Below, one piece after another: positions 7,997-16,708 of a stretch of DNA of 64,000 bases. The notes below the pieces were generated by a model. That model had not been told where the DNA came from. It ran no database searches and saw only the letters and a program-made list of their open reading frames with translations. The translations under genes and the position numbers were made by a program. Location: the NCBI GenBank assembly GCA_041752695.1, contig JBGSVZ010000035.1, positions 1-64,000 of the forward strand, in the 5' to 3' direction. The stretch's first letter is position 1. Each line of letters begins with the position of its first letter. Origin of the DNA: Terrimicrobiaceae bacterium (lineage in GTDB: Bacteria; Verrucomicrobiota; Verrucomicrobiia; Chthoniobacterales; Terrimicrobiaceae).

Positions 7997-10147
7997 TTAG
8001 CCTCGGCGAGAGTCTTTTTTCGCATCACCGTGAGGCTCACCAAGTTTTCCGTCGGGACTCACTGGTTTCGGAACCGCGGCGGCTTCCGAATCGAGCCCGT
8101 CGAGACGTCGATAGCGGAGGGTGAAGCCGGCGAGAGAGTCCAGTTCGGCACGAGCTTCGGTCCAAATCCAAGAGCCTTTTGGATCGATGAAGCGAACCGC
8201 TTTTGCAATCCCAGCGGGAAGGGAGATATCCACCATGCGACCCATTTCCAATCGCGTGGGATCGCAATGGTAGAGCTTCAAAAATGGTGCGGTAACCAAA
8301 GGTGAATCGAGTTCGATTCGCTTCTCGATGTCGTCTGCATTCTCTGTCTGGTAGGCAAACGCCTCCGCTTTCATCCCGGAGGTCGTGCCGTAAACCATCC
8401 GCTCCTGATCTTTCAGCCACGCCTGATAAAAGTAAGGTCGAAAGGCGAGTTCCAGCTTTGCACCAGCCAGAGCACCTGTTTCGTCCTGTAAATCGACGGT
8501 GTGTTCCTTGCCTTGAAGCCGATGCGCGATGACGAGGGAAACGTCTTTGCCATTGTGCTGGAAGCGGACTCGCTTTTTCCATGAGACGGAATCGTCGGTG
8601 CGTTGGATGTCGAAGAATTCGCCGTAAGGTTTCGTTAGATCGAGTTTCTCGGGAAACTGCACATCGCGGCCATCAACAATCAATGTGTAGCAACGATTCT
8701 TTGCTGCGTCGGCTGGCACTCCCAATGAGGGCCCCAATTTCTCCCATTTGCTTTGCACGCCGCGATGCGGATCTTCTCCCCAGAACAGGGCATTTCCGGT
8801 TGTGGAGGAGGTGCGGATCTGCTTCGGATCTCCCACTTTGCCCGTGCCGTCGGTCCATAATTGCGCCATGTGATTGAGTTCTGCACGTTGCGCATCGGTG
8901 CGGATATCATGCGCCGCGTAACCAGCGGCCATGAGATTCGGAGCTTCCAATTCGTAAGCGACCTCATGAACTGGGCTGAGACGATGCTGATGATCCACAA
9001 CGCGAAAATACTTGGTTTCCGCAATGAGGATGTTTCCCATGTCTTGCGTTTCTTCACCGGCGACGGTGAAATACTTGCCTTCAGGATTGCGCGAGGTGTC
9101 GTTAAAAAGCACTACTTGCGCCGGTGCTTCTGGCGAGGGCCAGCGGCTGGCATACCAAGCACGAAATTCTTCCCCCGTTACTGGTTTCCAGCCGTTCTGC
9201 AGCAGGTCGTCAGCGAGCTCACCAAGCATCTTATATTGGCCTGCGGGCTGATGCGCCGGAGTGTATTCGGGAGCTAGGTTGCAGCATTCGTGAGCGATGG
9301 AGAGATGGGCGAACGGGACGTTCCCAGCTTTCAGATTGGCCTCCCACTGTCGGACTTCATTTTTCCAGAACCAGATGTTTCCTGGCCGAATGCGCGGTTG
9401 TTGGAATATCTGCGAATCGCTGAGGTGAAACGAATAGGTGAAGCAGAATCGGTCGTAATCGGACCATGGCGTGCGGGTGAGCCAGAGCAGATCCAGCGGT
9501 GCATTCTTCTCGCGCATCTCGCGATTGGTCATCGCGGAAAGCCATGGCTGGTCGGGCCGCATCTGGACGTAGTAAGGGAAGAATGGGCGCCCTTCCCAGT
9601 TGTGGCCAAGGTCGATCGTTTCACCGATCAGGGAGTCTCCTTCCAGCACGGCATCAAATTTTGTGCGGAGTCCGGATTGCACCTCCCGAATGGTGCGTTC
9701 GGGCATCTCGCCATTGTCCCAATTGACCGCTTGGGTGGTAAGCTCTTCCGGCGCGATCCCCAAAGCTTGTGCCACAGCAAACCGTTTGTTCACCGCCTGC
9801 ACACCGATCTGATTCCCGGCAGCGATGCGTGCTCTGAGGAAATCGATCACCTCCTTTTTCTTCGGAACATCAAAAAGGATGATTACCAGAGGAAAGACAG
9901 ACGGCTTTCCCACGGCTTTGCTGAGTGATGCGTCCAGCATCTCGCAACCGTTTTTTAATCCGCTGAAATTTAATTCCGCGTTGGCCCAGTGATCCCGTGC
10001 CTGGGTGTCATCCACCATCACGAAAAGCACCATCGAAAAAAACCGTGGATTTTTAGGCAGCACTTCGTCACTTGCAACCGCCTTGGTCATGGCCGTGGAA
10101 CCAAAAAGGGAAATACCGCAAAGGAGGGGAAGCAAAAATTTCTTCAT
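7997..10147 (-). CDS. Secreted protein of unknown function, tandem paralog 3 of 3
   Basis: 716-aa ORF with signal peptide, the same motifs and a short C-terminal extension. Confidence 0.9.
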   Translation of the reverse strand: MKKFLLPLLCGISLFGSTAMTKAVASDEVLPKNPRFFSMVLFVMVDDTQARDHWANAELNFSGLKNGCEMLDASLSKAVGKPSVFPLVIILFDVPKKKEVIDFLRARIAAGNQIGVQAVNKRFAVAQALGIAPEELTTQAVNWDNGEMPERTIREVQSGLRTKFDAVLEGDSLIGETIDLGHNWEGRPFFPYYVQMRPDQPWLSAMTNREMREKNAPLDLLWLTRTPWSDYDRFCFTYSFHLSDSQIFQQPRIRPGNIWFWKNEVRQWEANLKAGNVPFAHLSIAHECCNLAPEYTPAHQPAGQYKMLGELADDLLQNGWKPVTGEEFRAWYASRWPSPEAPAQVVLFNDTSRNPEGKYFTVAGEETQDMGNILIAETKYFRVVDHQHRLSPVHEVAYELEAPNLMAAGYAAHDIRTDAQRAELNHMAQLWTDGTGKVGDPKQIRTSSTTGNALFWGEDPHRGVQSKWEKLGPSLGVPADAAKNRCYTLIVDGRDVQFPEKLDLTKPYGEFFDIQRTDDSVSWKKRVRFQHNGKDVSLVIAHRLQGKEHTVDLQDETGALAGAKLELAFRPYFYQAWLKDQERMVYGTTSGMKAEAFAYQTENADDIEKRIELDSPLVTAPFLKLYHCDPTRLEMGRMVDISLPAGIAKAVRFIDPKGSWIWTEARAELDSLAGFTLRYRRLDGLDSEAAAVPKPVSPDGKLGEPHGDAKKDSRRG

Positions 10148-10280
10148 TTTTGTTTTCTATACATGTTTTTGCATTCCGCGCAATCCATTTTAGTCCGTCT
10201 TGCAGATTAACAATTATGAAAAACAAGGTGACACAGTTTGTTACCATCCACGCTAATTTCACCACTGTTTCCGCGAGTGA

Positions 10281-10772
10281 TTAATCTAAAGTATTTCGTT
10301 TGCCATGGGCAAAGTTTCGAAGCTCGACCTTGATCGGCTGGGATGGCTTATCCCAACTGCCCAGAACCAGGTTTTTAGTCCGGACGTTGCCCTCTCCAAG
10401 TTGCTCGCGGCAAAGTCGCTTCAAATCCCAAGTCACGCGATGCCATTCGCCATCGTTGATTTTTTTCTGAGGGAGCGCGTCGATCTGCTCAAAGCCGGTT
10501 TGTTTGCCGATTAGATTAAGTGCCTTCCACTCGGTGCTTCCATTCCCTCCGACTTGGAAAAGAAATGCCAAAGGCTCTTGGCTGGTGGTGCGAATCCAGA
10601 AATCCATGAATGGAGAGGTTTCCAGATCAAGCATGTCAACTAATTCAACTGAGTTAAACAAAGTTGCCCCATCCCCAAGCGTAACCCGCAGAATTGGTTT
10701 CCCTTCGTCCGCCGCCACGGTCAAGGCCGCGCACCGAAAAGGCGAATAGCATAAAGAAAATGACGCCAACAT
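10281..10772 (-). CDS. Hypothetical protein with CBM-like beta-sandwich, possibly 5'-disrupted
   Basis: LDLETSPFMDFWIRT…DGEWHRVTWDL is reminiscent of galactose-binding-like domains. No clean signal peptide in frame. Confidence 0.6.
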   Translation of the reverse strand: MLASFSLCYSPFRCAALTVAADEGKPILRVTLGDGATLFNSVELVDMLDLETSPFMDFWIRTTSQEPLAFLFQVGGNGSTEWKALNLIGKQTGFEQIDALPQKKINDGEWHRVTWDLKRLCREQLGEGNVRTKNLVLGSWDKPSQPIKVELRNFAHGKRNTLD

Positions 10773-10776
10773 CTGA

Positions 10777-11415
10777 TCATTTATTGTCCTCTCGCGTCAC
10801 GGCAATGTTATCGACCACAACTTGAGCGGGAAGCGGTGCCGCCGGGTCAGGCTGTTCGGCAGCCGGTGCACTTGTGATGTGGATTTGGAAGAATTGGCCG
10901 ACGAGCGCAGAATCGGCGGGAATAGTGACCTTCACTTCCATCTTGAACCACTCATCCTTTTGAGCGAGTTCCTTCGCGGGAACCGTCTTCTCCCCGAGGA
11001 GAGTAAAGCGTTGCTCGTCCTCGGCGTCGGTGGGGATGGCATAGATGGCGAGTTGAACCCCGCGCGGCAAAACGCCACCATCCCCATGTTGGGTTCCGGC
11101 ATCCATCGAGAAGGTATAAGTTCCGGGCACAATCGGGCTATCCCGCAACAATTGCAATGCCACAACCGGGTTGCTGTTTGCATAGAGCAACCACGTTCCC
11201 TCGGATGCCGCGAGATTCCCCGTGTACTTACTCCACCGATCCCAATTCCCCTGCTGCGGGTCGGGTACCAACTTCCAATTGTGGATTTTGGACTCAGAAG
11301 AAAGCGGGTCTTCAAATGAGGGATTGTCGACCGTGAGTGCTTCGCCGGAGAATGCTTTCACGGAGGCCGAAATGAAAACACCGATCATAAGAATGCGTTT
11401 CGTGGGGAATTTCAT
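10777..11415 (-). CDS. Secreted hypothetical protein with carbohydrate-binding-like domain
   Basis: Signal peptide, then LTVDNPSFED…PGTYTFSMDAG…VVVDNIAVT (jelly-roll CBM-like pattern). Confidence 0.75.
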   Translation of the reverse strand: MKFPTKRILMIGVFISASVKAFSGEALTVDNPSFEDPLSSESKIHNWKLVPDPQQGNWDRWSKYTGNLAASEGTWLLYANSNPVVALQLLRDSPIVPGTYTFSMDAGTQHGDGGVLPRGVQLAIYAIPTDAEDEQRFTLLGEKTVPAKELAQKDEWFKMEVKVTIPADSALVGQFFQIHITSAPAAEQPDPAAPLPAQVVVDNIAVTREDNK

Positions 11416-11480
11416 CAGTTTTTTGGGTCAAGCGGTTTATCTTTTCGATGTTTCACTGTATGCACGTGCATGCCAGTTTT

Positions 11481-14459
11481 CTAAGTTTCACGTTCTTCGC
11501 CCGTGCGAGTGAGCTCGAGCTTATCTCTGATCGCTGCTCGGAGAATTTGCGCAGGATGCAGGGCCGTGCGTCCCGTGCCATCGTGGATCTGGTGTCGACA
11601 GCTTGTTCCAGATGCAGCGACGAGAGAGTCCGCGGTGGCCTTGCGGACGGCGGGAAAAAGCACAAGCTCACCGACCTTCATCGAAATGTCGAAATGTTCG
11701 GACTCATAGCCGAAAGATCCGGCCATTCCGCAGCAACCGGAGGGAATTAGTTTGACGGAGTAATTTCTTGGCAGCGTGAGCATCCGGATGCTCGGGTCGA
11801 GCGAGGCGAGCGCCTTTTGGTGGCAGTGACCATGCAAGTGGATCGTCCCGGCCGATGCAGTGAAAAGATCGCTGGTGATCCGGCCTGCATCAGCTTCTCG
11901 CGAGATGAATTCATCGAGCATGAGGCAGTTTGGCGCAAGGGCGCGTGCGGATTCACGGAGGTCGGAACTCACCAGCACCGGGTATTCATCGCGAAAAGCA
12001 AGAATGGCCGAGGGTTCGATACCGATCAAAGGTTCTTCTTTGGAGATGATCCCGGAGAGTTTACGCACATTGGATTCGGCGAAGGTTCTGGCCCGTCGGA
12101 CTAGGCCTTTGGATAGAGAGGCCCTTCCGCTTTCGACGAGATCTGGGATAAGGACTTCATAGCCCAGGAGTTCGAGCAATTCCACAGTGGCGATGCCCGC
12201 GTCGAGATCGTTGTAGTTTGTGAACTCATCGCAGAACACATGCACGCGCCCTTGCCGGGATTGCAAAGCCTGGGGGCGACGGCGGTTTTTAAACCAGCGC
12301 TGCAAGGGGATGCCATTGATTTTCGGAAGGGAGCGCTCCGGATGAAATCCCACAATGGTGTTGAAGGTTTTTCTAATCCACGGAGTTTGGAAGAGCGCGT
12401 TGTAGGCGACCGGGAAAAGTGAGGCAATCCGGGCGGCATCCGAGAAACCCGCCACGAGACGGGATCGGAGAGGAATGCCATGGGAATCATGATAATGCTG
12501 CAAAAACTCCGCTTTGAGTTTTGCAATATCCACACTTGACGGACACTCGCTTTTGCAGGCCTTGCATGACAGGCAGAGATCCATCACTTCCTTGATTTCG
12601 ACACTGTCGAATGGTTTCGTGGCATCCTTCGGATTGTTAAGAATATGACGGAGGATGTTGGCACGTGCGCGAGTGGTGTGTTTTTCTTCGCGGGTAGCCA
12701 TATAACTCGGGCACATGGCTCCTCCTGCCATGTGGGACTTCCGGCAGTCGCCTGAACCATTGCATTTTTCCGCGGCCCGAACCACACCCTGTGTGTCGCT
12801 AAAATCGAAAAAGGTCTCGTATTCAGGAGTCGGATGGCCCGCGGTATGGCGCAAATGAGTGTCCATCGGCGGTGTCTCCACGATTTTTCCGGGATTAAAA
12901 ATATTGAGCGGATCGAAGACAGCCTTGACCGACTTCATCATGTCGTAACATTCCTGGCCGACCATGAGAGGAATGAACTCACCGCGAAGACGACCGTCCC
13001 CGTGCTCGCCGCTGAGAGAGCCCCGGTATTTTTTAACAAGGTTGGCAATATCGGTTGCGACGCTCCGGAAGGTTTTCAGACCCTCCGGGGTTTTGAGATC
13101 GAAGAGGGGACGGGTGTGAAGCTCCCCAGAGCCCGCGTGCGCGTAATAGACGCATCCGATTCCATACTTGTCATTTAAGATGGCCTGAAACTCGGCGATA
13201 TAGGCAGGCAGATCCTGCACGGTGACTGCAGTGTCTTCGACCACCTCGCGAGGTTTGGCATCTCCAACGACATTACTCATCAGGCCCTGGCCCGCACGCC
13301 GGAGTTCCCAGACTTTGTCACATTCCGCGTCGCGAAGAACCGGAGCGGCATACCCGAAACCCGCAGCGTTCCATGCAGCTTGCAGCGCCTCCACAGCTTT
13401 GTCCCTTTCGGTAACTTCCTCACGCCGGATTTCAACTACAAGAACCGCACCGGGATCGCCGACCACAAAGGACCGGTTGCGGGCCTGATCGAGATTAGAG
13501 CGTGTGCAATCAAGAATATGGCGGTCGATCAACTCGCAGGCCGAAGGCGCGAAGTTAATGGCGACAAGGTTGGCATGCAGAGCCTCATCCACGGTTTCAA
13601 AATGACCGCAGACCAGGGCCGCATGGGGCGGAGGGAGTGGGTCGCAGTCCAACTCAAACTCCAGCCCGAAAAAGAGGGTTCCTTCGGATCCTGCGATCAG
13701 CTTGCAGAAGTTGAAAGCATGACTCGATTCGGAATCGAAGACATTCGCATCCATCAGCAGGTCCAGGGCATAGCCGGTGTTCCGCCGCGAAATGGACTTA
13801 AGAGGGAAGTTTTCGGAGATTAAGCTTCTGTTTTTTCCATCAAGAAGAAGATCACGCACCGACCGATAGATCCGGCCTTCCATGTTCGAAGACTCTTCGC
13901 ACTTTTGACGAAACTCCTCTGGAGTGAGTGCGGACATAGTCACCTCACTTCCATCGCTGAAAAATCCGCGCACGGAGACCAGGTGTTCTCGGGTGCTTCC
14001 ATAAACAATCGAGTTTGATCCGCAGGAGTTGTTGCCCACCATGCCGCCGATCATCGCCCGATTGGCAGTCGACGTTTCCGGACCGAAAAAAAGGCCGTAT
14101 TTGGCGAGCTCGAAATTCAGTTCATTGCGGACAACGCCCGGCTGAACCCGAACCCTTCGGGTGCCAGGGTTGACTTCCACTATTTTGTTGAAGTACCGGG
14201 AGAGGTCCACGACGAGTCCGCTGCCTACAACCTGCCCGGCAAGTGAAGTGCCTGCCGTCCGCGGAATGATTGCAATGTGATTATCTCCGGCAAAACGGAT
14301 AATTTTCCGCACGTCGTCATCCGTCTTCGGAAAGGCGACTCCAATCGGCATTTCCTGATACTCGGAGGCATCGGTGGAATAGAGTTTCCGCAGGGTATCT
14401 CCAGTAGCAATTTCCCCGGAGAGGACGTTGGCCAATTGGCTGAATTCAATAGTTTTCAT
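11481..14459 (-). CDS. FAD-binding and 4Fe-4S oxidoreductase (GlcD/GlcF fusion, YdiJ-like 2-hydroxyacid dehydrogenase family)
   Basis: PRTAGTSLAGQ, SGEHGDG, CNGSGDC, CLSCKACKSECP and CCG (HGHCHQK…CCGMAGSFG) motifs. ATG at 14459. Confidence 0.92.
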   Translation of the reverse strand: MKTIEFSQLANVLSGEIATGDTLRKLYSTDASEYQEMPIGVAFPKTDDDVRKIIRFAGDNHIAIIPRTAGTSLAGQVVGSGLVVDLSRYFNKIVEVNPGTRRVRVQPGVVRNELNFELAKYGLFFGPETSTANRAMIGGMVGNNSCGSNSIVYGSTREHLVSVRGFFSDGSEVTMSALTPEEFRQKCEESSNMEGRIYRSVRDLLLDGKNRSLISENFPLKSISRRNTGYALDLLMDANVFDSESSHAFNFCKLIAGSEGTLFFGLEFELDCDPLPPPHAALVCGHFETVDEALHANLVAINFAPSACELIDRHILDCTRSNLDQARNRSFVVGDPGAVLVVEIRREEVTERDKAVEALQAAWNAAGFGYAAPVLRDAECDKVWELRRAGQGLMSNVVGDAKPREVVEDTAVTVQDLPAYIAEFQAILNDKYGIGCVYYAHAGSGELHTRPLFDLKTPEGLKTFRSVATDIANLVKKYRGSLSGEHGDGRLRGEFIPLMVGQECYDMMKSVKAVFDPLNIFNPGKIVETPPMDTHLRHTAGHPTPEYETFFDFSDTQGVVRAAEKCNGSGDCRKSHMAGGAMCPSYMATREEKHTTRARANILRHILNNPKDATKPFDSVEIKEVMDLCLSCKACKSECPSSVDIAKLKAEFLQHYHDSHGIPLRSRLVAGFSDAARIASLFPVAYNALFQTPWIRKTFNTIVGFHPERSLPKINGIPLQRWFKNRRRPQALQSRQGRVHVFCDEFTNYNDLDAGIATVELLELLGYEVLIPDLVESGRASLSKGLVRRARTFAESNVRKLSGIISKEEPLIGIEPSAILAFRDEYPVLVSSDLRESARALAPNCLMLDEFISREADAGRITSDLFTASAGTIHLHGHCHQKALASLDPSIRMLTLPRNYSVKLIPSGCCGMAGSFGYESEHFDISMKVGELVLFPAVRKATADSLVAASGTSCRHQIHDGTGRTALHPAQILRAAIRDKLELTRTGEERET

Positions 14460-14515
14460 CAAATGGGCTCGTTGCCGTTCAGTCCAAAATGGTCGATTTC
14501 GCTTCGTTTCACGAT

Positions 14516-15679
14516 TTATTTTGCGGAGCTGAGATGAGTGAGATCAACCACGGCTGAAACTTCCTTTCTGCGGACATCCCTCAATTTCACTCCGTCAGCA
14601 CAAGGAGTGATACTCTGAATTTTGCCAAACCCCTTTGGAACCGACACGACACCGAAAATATAAGGTATAACGAGGGGGCTGTCCGGGCGAAGTTTAAGGG
14701 CGGTGGCGAAACCGTCTCGATTCACCGAATTTGAACGCGAGGATGCCAACAGACCGTAGTGAAAAAATGCTGTGACGTCCTCAATAGCAAGCACGCAGCG
14801 GTGACGCCCGTTCCAAGGGGGGTAATGTCGGCCACCGTTGGAGTGCCACAAAAGCGTGCTGCGCAACAAACGTGGATTCTTTAGGGCGTACCATGCGTAT
14901 CCCTCTGAAGGAAAAACAACGGCGGACCAGGCAAATTCGTCAGATGCCTGATGAGTCAACATGACAATATCTTCAAAGCCTTCCCGTGCGGGGTAGTTGC
15001 TCAGATCTGCAAAGCCACCGGTTGCAAGCGGTACACGGTCGAGACGACTGAACCTCGCTCCTGTTTTGAGACATTGATAGCCGCCAAGTGAAGGGGACTC
15101 GAAGGGCTCGGGAGCCACTTGCCCGCGAAGGATTCGGCTGGTGGATACCAAACCAGTTCCATCTCCGGAAGGGAACTTAAGCATGGCGTGGTGGCCGAAA
15201 CACATTGGACCCGATAGCCCGGATAAAGTGTGTTGGAGATAAACATTGGTTTCCCCGTTTCGCAGTTGTATCAACTTGTCTACTCGTCCCGGGTATTTGC
15301 GCAAAGTCATCCGAAGGTGGAGCCGTGTCACGCCGGACGATAAGTTTTTTGACACCGCGTGCCAGATCAAGTTGGCAGTTTCGCCATGTGGCAACTCTCG
15401 CTTCGTTTCGCCTGCCGGATCGCTATTCCCGAACGGAGCGCAAAAAAAGTCACCCCGCAACGCACGAAGAACTGGCGGTAGGTTTTGGGGAAAAGACTCC
15501 GTCACCCACGGCGCAATGCTCAATGGAGCCACTTTTTTTCGGCCAAGATTAAAACCAACAGGAGCCAAATGACCGCCCATCTCAGTCACAGCTAAATTCA
15601 CCCGGTCGGATTCTAGCCCGAAAGACGGCTGTCCCTCGATGGTGGTGGCTTTGATTATGGGTTGCGAGTTTCCTTTCAT
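14516..15679 (-). CDS. Hypothetical protein, probable galactose-mutarotase-like fold
   Basis: LRGDFFCAPFG, PHGETAN and GHHAML motifs recall the aldose-epimerase-like superfamily. Likely start MKGNSQ at 15679. Confidence 0.7.
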   Translation of the reverse strand: MKGNSQPIIKATTIEGQPSFGLESDRVNLAVTEMGGHLAPVGFNLGRKKVAPLSIAPWVTESFPQNLPPVLRALRGDFFCAPFGNSDPAGETKRELPHGETANLIWHAVSKNLSSGVTRLHLRMTLRKYPGRVDKLIQLRNGETNVYLQHTLSGLSGPMCFGHHAMLKFPSGDGTGLVSTSRILRGQVAPEPFESPSLGGYQCLKTGARFSRLDRVPLATGGFADLSNYPAREGFEDIVMLTHQASDEFAWSAVVFPSEGYAWYALKNPRLLRSTLLWHSNGGRHYPPWNGRHRCVLAIEDVTAFFHYGLLASSRSNSVNRDGFATALKLRPDSPLVIPYIFGVVSVPKGFGKIQSITPCADGVKLRDVRRKEVSAVVDLTHLSSAK

Positions 15680-15820
15680 GTATAGCTCATTGTGTTTGTG
15701 GTAAGCAGGATGCCCAGCTGGAGGATTTTCTGAGGAGCAATTCTGATTTTTGCAGGACGCTTTGTGCCAGATCGGTATCCTTCGTGTCGGCAATAATGAA
15801 GTCTTTAGGCGAGGTCGATC

Positions 15821-16708
15821 CTACTTTACTTTTTGCCGTGTTTTGAGCGAGTCGTTTCCCCGACGGGGAATCAAGAGCGTGAATGCAAGATTAGCGAAGA
15901 GGGAAATGCCGTTGGCGTTTACGATTTCACCGAAGAGATATGTTGTTGGCATGACGGCCTCCCAAGGACGGTCCTCCCCGAGGAGTCCAAAGAGGCCCGC
16001 ACAGCCAAAGGCAAAGGTCCCAGGTTGGGCATTGGCAAGCAGTGTTTCGCGCCCACGCTGCAAATCTAAAAGCGCAAGCCTGACGTCACGCGAGGGGGGA
16101 AGATTGGCTCCTGAGACAATCATTTCATGGTTTTCGTGCAGGTGGAGGACACGGTTATCGTCCGTTATGATTGCCAGTCGATCCCAGTCATCCGGCGAGA
16201 GGCCGAAGTCTGCCCGAACTTTGCGGAAAAATTCGGCTGCACGAACCGTTCCTCCACCCGTCTGGACTACAGAGAAGCGTCTTGGGTCGTCACCATGACA
16301 ATGAAAAGCGTCCCCCGTCGGAAAGTGAGCGGTGAGGGAGAGCGACAGCCAATCCCCTTCTGTGATCGCCAAAATTGCGACATCCTCGGCAGCGGGATAA
16401 GTGAAGCCATCGCCATCTGCCCTCGCTGCTGCTCCTCCGGCCGTGGGAATGGCTGTCACCTCCGCCGGAAGGCGGGAAAGGAACCCTTCCATCCCCACGC
16501 CTCTCGTGAAGATGACGATGAAGGCGCGCGCATGGCGCACTTGGTCAGCCATCCATGCCGAAGCTTGAGCAAAGCTGCCTCCAAAAACCTCTCCCTCCAA
16601 GCTGGCAAACGCACGGGGCAGGCCTGCGGCAGAGCAAGCCCAACCGAAATCGCCGACTGGCTCCACATGGCCGACTGGGTGTACAGCGGCCGCGACCCGC
16701 TGCCTCAT
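15821..16708 (-). CDS. FIST-domain-like protein
   Basis: AGGAAA, FAFGCAG and TYLFGEI…FANLA match FIST N/C signatures. The ATG overlaps the upstream stop (ATGA). Confidence 0.65.
   Translation of the reverse strand: MRQRVAAAVHPVGHVEPVGDFGWACSAAGLPRAFASLEGEVFGGSFAQASAWMADQVRHARAFIVIFTRGVGMEGFLSRLPAEVTAIPTAGGAAARADGDGFTYPAAEDVAILAITEGDWLSLSLTAHFPTGDAFHCHGDDPRRFSVVQTGGGTVRAAEFFRKVRADFGLSPDDWDRLAIITDDNRVLHLHENHEMIVSGANLPPSRDVRLALLDLQRGRETLLANAQPGTFAFGCAGLFGLLGEDRPWEAVMPTTYLFGEIVNANGISLFANLAFTLLIPRRGNDSLKTRQKVK

Noticed and set aside
3634..10147. Repeated DNA blocks as a CRISPR array or a diversity-generating retroelement template/variable pair
   Set aside because: The repeats are paralogous coding sequence about 2.1-2.3 kb apart. 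There are no regular spacers, no reverse transcriptase and no evident adenine-only variation.
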